Virus record (IMG/VR): IMGVR_UViG_2627853844_000004
DNA: 16,995 bases
Strand: one strand, 5' to 3'
DNA from: a virus
Taxonomy: Duplodnaviria; Heunggongvirae; Uroviricota; Caudoviricetes
The number at the start of each line of letters is the position of its first letter. The first letter of the stretch is position 1. This document shows positions 9,443 to 16,995 of this stretch, piece after piece. Position numbers and translations under genes: made by a program. The notes below the pieces were generated by a model, which ran no database searches, was not told the origin of the DNA, and saw only the letters and a program-made list of their open reading frames with translations.

Positions 9443-9558
9443 AAACGTCCCCGTTTAGCGCAGAAGTCACCGGAGTTGTTCAGGCTCCGGTGACATAATT
9501 ATGCCGTGTTGATTTCCCAAAATCAAAATCGATAGAATTGCTCCTTCTTAAAACACTT

Positions 9559-10356
9559 TTACTCTCTGGAAGCTTTTCTTATCTCTCTTGGTGTTATATT
9601 AAAACGATTATGAAATCTTTCAGTAAAACGAGAAGGACACTTATAACCATTTTCTCTGGCAATCTCGCTTATAGGTTTTACCGTCGTTTGTATAGCAGAC
9701 AACGCATTATTTAACCTCACATCGTCCAGTATACTTTGGAAACTTACCCCCTCGCTTGCTAGACGGCGATGTAATGTAGAAACAGAAATGTAGAGATATC
9801 GAGCAACCTTGTTTGCTGTCCATTTTGTGCCGGGTTCGGATAGCAGCAGGTTATAACAACGACTTATCAATGATTGTTTACTATATGATAAAAGTAAATG
9901 ATTAACATGATTCACTCCTAACGAAAGTAGAACGCCCATTGCTAAGTGCTCCTGAATTTTAGTTGAGAAGCCTCGGGAAACAGATGTTTTTAGTTGCTCC
10001 CAACAATATATTAACTCAGGATTCTGAGGTAAAAAGAAACTTGTTTTGTTACGTATTTGATCAGTTACCGTATAAAGTTTTTGGAAACTCTCAATTAAAT
10101 CAATGGGTAAGTAAAGCATTTCTGCAAGATAAAGCCCTGCTTCAGGATAATTCTCAATATAAAATTCATAACCACAAGGAAATAATATTATTTGATTATT
10201 ATCAACAGTTAAAGTATGCGTCTCCCAATTGATAACTTTCTTTCCCTGACGGATACGACACAAAGCTGGCATAAGAGGCTTAACCCTATGAATCTCATGA
10301 TGTTTATGCATCCGTATTTCTTCGATCTTTAAGTTAGTCTTACCTCTTGCCAGCAT
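9559..10356 (-). CDS. ybcM: AraC-family transcriptional regulator, 265 aa
   Basis: C-terminal region ...[44 protein letters not shown]...[32 protein letters not shown] is a typical AraC helix-turn-helix pair. Visibly AT-rich codon usage. Confidence 0.8.
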
Positions 10357-10365
10357 ACTCTCACC

Positions 10366-10917
10366 CTACTTTATCTCATAAACTGGTGTTATCTCAGCGG
10401 TTGCGATTTTATTAGCATTAAGCATATAACCAACTAACGCTCCGCTGGAGTTAGAATCTACAGGAATCTTTTCAGTTTTTAGAGCCCATACTTTAAACTG
10501 GTAATGATGTGGTTTATCTCCTTTAGGAGGACATGCGCCACCAAACCCAGCATAGCCAAAATCATTTCGGCCTTGAACAGCACCAGTCGGCAGTTTTGTT
10601 CCATCACGTCTCCCTGCATCAACGGGCAAATATGTTACTGTTGCTGGAATATTAACAACAGTCCAATGCCACCAACCACTGCCTGTAGGTGCATCTGGAT
10701 CATATACAGTTACGGCAAAGCTTTTGGTACCTTCAGGAACACCAGACCAGGTTAATGAGGGCGATGTATTACCACCTTCACACCCAAATCCAGAAAAGAC
10801 ATGAGACGTTGTAAGTTGCTCTCCTGTTTTTATTTCATTACTAGTGACCTGAAATGCTGCAGCCTGCGCAGAAAATGTTATGAATGCCAATACAGTTGAA
10901 ACGATAAGTGTTTTCAT
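10366..10917 (-). CDS. ybcL: Secreted PEBP/RKIP-family protein, 183 aa
   Basis: N-terminal signal peptide MKTLIVSTVLAFITFSAQAAA. Mature region contains the PEBP-like ...YDPDAPTGSGWWHW... motif. AAGAGG Shine-Dalgarno 6 nt upstream of the ATG at 10917. Confidence 0.8.
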   Translation of the reverse strand: MKTLIVSTVLAFITFSAQAAAFQVTSNEIKTGEQLTTSHVFSGFGCEGGNTSPSLTWSGVPEGTKSFAVTVYDPDAPTGSGWWHWTVVNIPATVTYLPVDAGRRDGTKLPTGAVQGRNDFGYAGFGGACPPKGDKPHHYQFKVWALKTEKIPVDSNSSGALVGYMLNANKIATAEITPVYEIK

Positions 10918-11091
10918 AAAAACCTCTTTGTTATGACCTATCGTTATTTTATTTGATATTCCTTTATCTCATTATGCATAAAGGCGCAATGTTCATGCAA
11001 AAGCAATCACAATTGTACCCCCAACCCAATTATTTGCCACAATATACACAAAGCACATTGATACTATCTAAAAACTCTGCTTTATTATTAG

Positions 11092-11123
11092 TAACACCTA
11101 CGAAAGTCGGTGTTATTTTTTAA
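11092..11123 (+). terminator. Candidate rho-independent terminator on the plus strand
   Basis: taacacc (11092-11098), 10-nt loop, ggtgtta (11109-11115), followed by tttttt. No annotated plus-strand gene lies upstream; see findings. Confidence 0.4.
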
Positions 11124-11381
11124 CCTACCATTCAAAATACGTGACATACACCATTTTGCTCATAATAATTTGTCACGTATTTTCAGTATTTGAATCTGCG
11201 ACCAAGAGTTCTCACCTAACAAATGATTAAGATTGTATAGCTCATTTACTACCCCAATACAGCCGTACAAAACTCGCTTGTGGGAGCAAACAAAGTAATT
11301 ACCCATTAAGTTTCGTCAAAGATAATTAATTCTGTCTTGCACTTTATCACCATAGCATAACTTAAAATCCGAGATCATTAT

Positions 11382-12908
11382 TTAGAAATAAATCTCACCA
11401 TCAACCATATATTTGAGAGCACTTATCGCCTGCTGGGCGGATATTACTTTCATTAAAGGATAGTGTTTAAAAACAATGCCATTCATAAAATAGATATCAC
11501 AGGTTTTATTATCCGTATTAATTATGATTTTTTCGAATGTTTTATAGGCAAGTGTACGGCATAACTCTCGTCCATTTTTACTGGTTAAGTCAATAGCATA
11601 AAAATCACTGAATGAATTTACACCTTTACTCTTCAAAGTTTTCAATGATACCGAAGCCCTTCGTAATTCCTTATCTAATAGTCTTATTTTCTCTGCTATA
11701 GCGGTAACTTCAGGCGCGACAGACAATGCAACGATTAAATTATTAATTTTCATCTGAAGCTCAATAATTTTTAACTCTAAAGTTTCATTAGCATCTTTCT
11801 TGTTTTCAACTGGTTGAATTTTGCTACAATTAAAAAGCAATTCATTAATGATATTATAATCAACCAAATCTCTTTTTATTGATGGCCTGTCACATCGATG
11901 TAATCTTCTCATCGGACAAACATAATAGCCATGCAAACTTCCAGATACCGCATGAACAATCATGGTATTACCACAAGCCTCACACTTCATAACTGTTCGA
12001 AGTAGATTTATTAGCATAGGATTCTTGCTACTATTGCTAATACCAAAAGGTGCCAACCGAATTTCCTGTACAGCGTAAAACAAATCATCTGATATGACTC
12101 TGGGATAATAGCCAGCGATTTCACTTATCCCTTTCCCTCTTGCACGATATGAAGGTACGCAAATACCTATCAGAGCTTTATTCGCTAATAATTTTTCAAT
12201 TACAGAAGGTCCCCATGCACTTTCTTTTCCTGAGAAATTCTTTACAGCATGATCATTTAAATACTTGGCTATTGCATTCAATGAGCGCCTTTCCATCCTG
12301 AGTTTAAAAATTAGCTCAATAGTTTTCACCCTGTCGGGGTCTGGAACAAAAGCCGTTCTTTTGTCATCTAAGGAGAGCCATCTCGGACAAGACGCCGTCA
12401 TAATCGTACCTGATTCCAGTGCATCCTGCCGTTTTTTCTTCCATGATAATTTAACCCGACTTGACTTTATCTCGCTTTCTTCATTTGCCCTTTGTGCTAT
12501 AAGTATGGCTTTTATTAATGAATATGGCTCATTCAAAGAGTCAATATTATAGACTGTATTGTCGCAAAGAGTTATAACATCAATACCGTGATTCAAAATC
12601 AATTTCAGACGTTCAATCGCTTCACCGACTTTTTCTCTTGAAAGTCTGTCCAGACTTTCAACTAACAATGTAGTTCCTGGCAATATATAACCATGCTCTA
12701 TAGCATCTAAAAATTCCGAAAAAGCTCCTGATTGTGCATGCTTTCCTTTGAATGCACTTAATCCTAAATCTTCATATGTTATGGTATCAAGATAATAATC
12801 ACTATTTACCTTTAACCATTCAGCAATAAGTCTTCTCTGTCGGTTTAATGAGTCGCCAGACATCTGACCTGGTGATGAAAATCGCATATATGCTATGGCT
12901 TTTTTCAT
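11382..12908 (-). CDS. ybcK: Large serine recombinase, 508 aa
   Basis: N-terminus MKKAIAYMRFSSPGQ... carries the catalytic-serine motif context of resolvase/invertase-type recombinases, and the protein has the long C-terminal extension of large serine recombinases. Very AT-rich gene. Confidence 0.8.
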   Translation of the reverse strand: MKKAIAYMRFSSPGQMSGDSLNRQRRLIAEWLKVNSDYYLDTITYEDLGLSAFKGKHAQSGAFSEFLDAIEHGYILPGTTLLVESLDRLSREKVGEAIERLKLILNHGIDVITLCDNTVYNIDSLNEPYSLIKAILIAQRANEESEIKSSRVKLSWKKKRQDALESGTIMTASCPRWLSLDDKRTAFVPDPDRVKTIELIFKLRMERRSLNAIAKYLNDHAVKNFSGKESAWGPSVIEKLLANKALIGICVPSYRARGKGISEIAGYYPRVISDDLFYAVQEIRLAPFGISNSSKNPMLINLLRTVMKCEACGNTMIVHAVSGSLHGYYVCPMRRLHRCDRPSIKRDLVDYNIINELLFNCSKIQPVENKKDANETLELKIIELQMKINNLIVALSVAPEVTAIAEKIRLLDKELRRASVSLKTLKSKGVNSFSDFYAIDLTSKNGRELCRTLAYKTFEKIIINTDNKTCDIYFMNGIVFKHYPLMKVISAQQAISALKYMVDGEIYF

Positions 12909-13090
12909 GGTGACACCTGCTAACGTATGCTTTTATAAACCTTAGTGGTGGGATATAATTTTTGTTTATTTTTTATTTAAAAAGACAATTAAGGTCACAT
13001 TATCTTGAATATACAACAATAATCGTATTGCAATTTTCTTACGCCATAATCTTGAAAGCACAAAAGAATACATAAAAAATAAAGACATTA

Positions 13091-13132
13091 ACAAAAAGCA
13101 TAAAACGAGGCTCATATAAATATAAGAGCCTC
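13091..13132 (-). terminator. Rho-independent terminator of emrE
   Basis: gaggctc (13107-13113) and gagcctc (13126-13132) form a 7-bp stem. On the minus strand it is followed by gttttatgctttttgt. Lies about 30 nt downstream of the emrE stop. Confidence 0.6.
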
Positions 13133-13162
13133 CATATTTTAGTCGTTTAGAAACAAATTATT

Positions 13163-13495
13163 TTAATGTGGTGTGCTTCGTGACAATAAATTAATAATCA
13201 ACACACCGGCACAAATCAACATCATGCCTATAATGGCTGGCAGGTCCAGCCGTTGGCCGAAAAATCCCCATGACAGTAAGCTAATCAGGACAATACCGAC
13301 TCCTGACCAGATAGCATAAGCAATCCCTGTAGGAATATAAGCCAGCGTCTGAGCTAATAACCAGAATGATGCACAATAACAAATAATTGTACCAACAGAT
13401 GGCCATAACCGTGTAAAACCTTCTGAAAACTTCATTAAGGTTGTACCAATGACCTCTGCAAGTATTGCACCACCAAGATAAATATAAGGGTTCAT
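13163..13495 (-). CDS. emrE: Small multidrug resistance (SMR) efflux transporter, 110 aa
   Basis: From the ATG at 13495: MNPYIYLGGAILAEVIGTTLMKFSEGFTRLWPSVGTIICYCASFWLLAQTLAYIPTGIAYAIWSGVGIVLISLLSWGFFGQRLDLPAIIGMMLICAGVLIINLLSRSTPH, four hydrophobic helices, matching EmrE as recalled. The ORF track extends 18 codons upstream. Confidence 0.9.
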   Translation of the reverse strand: MNPYIYLGGAILAEVIGTTLMKFSEGFTRLWPSVGTIICYCASFWLLAQTLAYIPTGIAYAIWSGVGIVLISLLSWGFFGQRLDLPAIIGMMLICAGVLIINLLSRSTPH

Positions 13496-13805
13496 AGCAT
13501 ATTCTTTCCTGTTCAAACTGGAGAGAATTGTACTACAGTTTGAACTCAACTCACCTGTTTCATCATTGTGTTCCCATTGATGTTCTTTTATATACCCTCA
13601 ATACCCGTTTCATCGCGGCACTCTGGCGACACTCCTTAAAAATCAGATTCGTGCTCACCTTTCCTTCCCATTCTTCTCTGGTAGCGAACCGGTAATACAC
13701 CGTTCGCCAGACCTTACCATCAACGACCAGGATTCCTGCCCGCGCCATTTTAGCCGCAGCCTGATTTATGCTGGTTGATCCTACCCACGTAATATGGACA
13801 CAGGC

Positions 13806-14672
13806 CTAAGCGAGGTTCTTGTTTTCAAATTGTTCCGGACTGAGGCCGCCACACCAACTGTGCCGCCGCCACCGATTGTAATCACATTCGATATAATTAA
13901 ACACCGTTGCCCGCATTATTTCCCGGCTGATAAAGTGTTCTCCATGGATACATTCCACTTTCAGCGAATGAAAGAAGCTTTCCACGCAGGCATTATCGTA
14001 GCAGCAACCTTTTGCGCTCATACTTCCACGCAGATTATGCCGCTTCAGTTGCGCCTGATAATCTGCTGAACAGTACTGGCCTCCACGGTCCGTGTGAACG
14101 ATAACGTTCCGGGGCCTCTTACGCCGCCACAGCGCCATCTGCAGGGCATCGCAGGCCAGTTGCGCCGTCATGCGTGGCGACATTGACCAGCCAATAACGG
14201 CACGTGACCACAGGTCAATGACCACTGCCAGATACAGCCAGCCTTCATCTGTACGTAAGTACGTGATGTCTCCTGCCCACTTCTGGTTCGGGCCACTGGC
14301 GTAAAAATCCTGCTCCAACAGATTTTCTGACACAGGCAGGCCGTGTGCGCGGTAGCTGACCGGGCTGAACTTCCGGGAGGCCTTTGCCCTCAGTCCCTGA
14401 CGGCGCAGGCTTGCCGCCACGGTTTTTACGTTAAAGGGGTAACCCTGAGCACGCAGTTCATCCGTCAGGCGTGGGGCACCGTAACGCTGTTTTGACCGGG
14501 TAAAAGCCGCGAGGACAACGCTGTCGCAGTGTTGGCGGAACTGCTGACGCGTGCTTATCCTTGTCCGCCGCTGACACCACGTATACCAGCCGCTGCGGGC
14601 CACCCGGAGCACGCGGCACATTGCTTTGATGCTGAACTCAGCCTGATGTTTTTCAATAAAGACATACTTCAT
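13806..14672 (-). CDS. insF: IS3 OrfB (DDE transposase catalytic domain; expressed as OrfAB by -1 frameshift)
   Basis: 288-aa ORF overlapping orfA by 4 nt. Contains the integrase-core pattern ...[33 protein letters not shown]... Confidence 0.95.
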
Positions 14673-14977
14673 TTCAGGCGCTTCGCGAAGTATGTCGCGG
14701 CCTTTTGGAGGATAGCCAGCTCTTCATCCCGTTCTGCCAGCTGGCGTTTGAGACGTGCAATCTCGGTAGACATCTCCAGTTCACGTTCAGAAGACGTCTG
14801 CTGATTTTGCTGTTTACTGCGCCAGTTGTAGAGTTGTGATTCATACAGGCTGAGTTCACGGGCTGCGGCAGTAACACCGATGCGTTCAGCAAGCTTCAGG
14901 GCTTCACTGCGAAATTCAGGCGAATGCTGTTTACGGGGTTTTTTACTGGTTGATACTGTTTTTGTCATGTGAGTCAC
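14669..14977 (-). CDS. insE: IS3 OrfA (helix-turn-helix transposase N-terminal protein)
   Basis: 102-aa [63 protein letters not shown]... with leucine-zipper-like C-terminus. Confidence 0.95.
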
Positions 14978-15122
14978 CTCTGACTGAGAGTTTACTCACT
15001 TAGCCGCGTGTCCACTATTGCTGGGTAAGATCAGATTACGGTTGCGCCTGTTACCGCGGCAACGTCCTGTGCACAGAAGCTCTTATGCGTCCCCAGGTAA
15101 TGAATAATTGCCTCTTTGCCCG

Positions 15123-15433
15123 TCATACACTTGCTCCTTTCAGTCCGAACTTAGCTTTAATTTCTGCGATCTTCGCCAGAGCCTGTGCACGATTTAGAGG
15201 TCTACCGCCCATAACAGGAAGTTGTTTTACTGGTTCAGGTATCGTCTCACCACGGTTAATTCGCGCTGTCATACAGGTCAGTTCATCGGCAGCCTTGCGC
15301 CGTAATTCCGCGTCAGCCAGCGCATTGGCCCGCATGTTCTGGTACAAGTTGGTAACCAACCAGTAATGCGCGTTCGATTTCCACGGATAAGACTCTGCAT
15401 CCGGATACAGGCCACGCTTCCGGCAATACTCGT
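15123..15433 (-). pseudogene. peaD: C-terminal remnant (~103 codons) of a lambda P-type replication protein
   Basis: Minus-strand frame reads ...[105 protein letters not shown], matching the lambda P C-terminus as recalled. No N-terminal part and no O gene are present. Confidence 0.8.
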
Positions 15434-15712
15434 ACCTCCCGGGATTTCATGAAATTCCGGCTCGGTGGTTTCGAGGCAATAAAATCGGCTTACATGGCCC
15501 AGGTGCAGTACAGCATGTGGGTGACGCGAAAAGATGCCTGGTACTTTGCCAACTATGACCCGCGCATGAAGCGTGAAGGCCTGCATTATGTCGTGATTGA
15601 GCGGAATGAAAAGTACATGGCGAGTTTTGACGAGATGGTGCCGGAGTTCATCGAAAAAATGGACGAGGCACTGGCTGAAATTGGTTTTGTATTTGGGGAG
15701 CAATGGCGATGA
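15434..15712 (+). pseudogene. exoD: C-terminal remnant (~92 codons) of lambda-type exonuclease Exo
   Basis: Plus-strand frame ...[92 protein letters not shown] matches the lambda Exo C-terminus as recalled. Homology begins abruptly near 15434. Confidence 0.8.
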
Positions 15713-15831
15713 CGCATCCTCACGATAATATCCGGGTACCTCACAACACGGCAAGCCTGCATTGCGGCGCTTCAGTCTCCGCTGCATACTGTCCAGGTGA
15801 GCGCGGGTGATGGCATAACAGAGGAAAGAAA

Positions 15832-16995
15832 ATGTCACTCTTCCGCAGAAATGAAATATGGTATGCCTCGTATTCGCTCCCGGGCGGGAAACGAATTAAG
15901 GAATCTCTTGGCACAAAGGACAAACGGCAAGCTCAGGAGTTGCACGACAAGCGAAAAGCAGAACTCTGGCGAGTAGAAAAGCTAGGGGATTTACCTGATG
16001 TCACTTTTGAAGAGGCCTGCCTAAGATGGCTTGAGGAAAAAGCTGATAAAAAATCTCTCGATTCAGATAAAAGCCGGATTGAGTTCTGGCTTGAACATTT
16101 TGAGGGTATAAGGCTTAAAGATATCTCGGAGGCAAAGATTTACTCTGCTGTAAGCAGAATGCATAACAGAAAGACGAAAGAAATATGGAAACAGAAAGTT
16201 CAGGCCGCCATCAGGAAAGGTAAAGAACTGCCTGTTTATGAACCAAAGCCAGTATCAACTCAGACAAAGGCAAAGCATCTTGCCATGATAAAGGCCATTC
16301 TCCGTGCTGCAGAACGCGACTGGAAGTGGCTGGAAAAAGCGCCTGTCATCAAGATACCAGCGGTCAGAAACAAGCGAGTCAGATGGCTGGAAAAGGAGGA
16401 AGCAAAACGCCTTATTGATGAGTGCCCCGAACCACTGAAATCTGTCGTCAAGTTTGCGCTGGCAACTGGTCTGAGAAAGTCGAACATCATAAATCTGGAA
16501 TGGCAACAAATCGACATGCAGCGACGAGTTGCCTGGGTGAATCCAGAAGAGAGCAAATCAAACCGCGCCATTGGTGTGGCGCTGAACGATACCGCCTGTA
16601 AAGTGTTGCGTGATCAAATAGGCAAGCATCACAAATGGGTGTTTGTACATACCAAGGCGGCTAAGCGAGCAGATGGAACATCAACGCCTGCGGTCAGGAA
16701 GATGCGCATCGACAGCAAGACATCATGGCTATCAGCTTGTCGTCGTGCAGGAATTGAAGATTTCCGTTTCCATGACCTCAGACACACCTGGGCAAGCTGG
16801 CTGATTCAGTCAGGCGTCCCATTATCAGTGCTTCAGGAAATGGGCGGATGGGAGTCCATAGAAATGGTTCGTAGGTATGCTCACCTTGCGCCTAATCATT
16901 TGACAGAGCATGCGAGGAAAATAGACGACATTTTTGGTGATAATGTCCCAAATATGTCCCACTCTGAAATTATGGAGGATATAAAGAAGGCGTAA
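15832..16995 (+). CDS. intD: Tyrosine site-specific integrase, complete 387 aa
   Basis: Complete ORF with AGGAAAG Shine-Dalgarno. C-terminal catalytic region ...[44 protein letters not shown] contains the R...HxxR...Y signature of tyrosine recombinases. Symbol from recollection of the 387-aa DLP12 integrase; a closely related paralog (intS) cannot be excluded by memory alone. Confidence 0.85.

Larger units (their letters stand above)
13776..15033 (-). mobile_element. IS3, complete 1258 bp copy
   Basis: Termini tgatcctacccacgtaatatggacac (13776) and ...gtgtccactattgctgggtaagatca (15033). Encodes OrfA and OrfB in overlapping frames. Flanking triplets ggt (13773-13775) and gat (15034-15036) differ at one position. 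Confidence 0.95.
13563..15126 (-). pseudogene. renD: Lambda Ren homolog, interrupted by IS3
   Basis: Minus strand from ATG at 15126 gives MTGKEAIIHYLGTHKSFCAQDVAAVTGATVI, then IS3. It resumes at 13775 as TSINQAAAKMARAGILVVDGKVWRTVYYRFATREEWEGK... to the stop at 13563. Matches lambda Ren as recalled. The start overlaps the P-remnant stop (ATGA). Confidence 0.85.

Noticed and set aside
9963-12552. Plus-strand ORFs 9963-10232, 10504-10755, 12265-12552
   Set aside because: Antisense within ybcM, ybcL and ybcK respectively. The minus-strand genes have recognisable domains and signals.
13794-14892. ORFs 13794-14069 (+), 14529-14804 (+), 14674-14892 (-)
   Set aside because: Inside IS3, out of frame with or antisense to OrfA/OrfB.
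15085-15923. ORFs 15085-15366 (+), 15278-15838 (-, 186 aa), 15741-15923 (-)
   Set aside because: They run across the exo/P remnants and the int start in frames that do not match the lambda homologs. The 186-aa ORF is antisense to the exo remnant and spans the deletion joint.
16255-16571. Minus-strand ORFs 16255-16509 and 16260-16571
   Set aside because: Antisense within the integrase gene.

Overview
The window reads as one decayed lambdoid prophage of the E. coli DLP12 type, running right-to-left from an intact tyrosine integrase (intD, 15832-16995) to the AraC-family regulator appY (1-750). In between, in order from the right: an exo/P deletion junction with no immunity region; ren split by IS3; a low-GC cargo block (emrE, ybcK serine recombinase, ybcL, ybcM); the nin-region operon (ylcH, ybcN/NinB, ninE, ybcO, rusA, ylcG) and the Q antiterminator quuD; a 19-codon porin remnant abutting IS5; ybcV, ybcW, ylcI; an apparently intact cos site; a Nu1-type small terminase split by IS1; a chimeric terminase-A/Tfa ORF; a methyltransferase-like ORF; and a second Tfa remnant. 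No lysis cassette, head or tail genes, tRNA, rRNA or CRISPR array are present. Identifications rest on reading the six-frame translations and DNA against lambda and E. coli K-12 sequences from memory, so gene symbols are recollections rather than database hits. I do not see a novel system: the content is a known cryptic prophage. The points most worth a second look are the cos site, the IS5-adjacent loss of the lysis genes, the ybcK cargo block with a 13-bp inverted repeat beside it, and the chimeric A/Tfa ORF.
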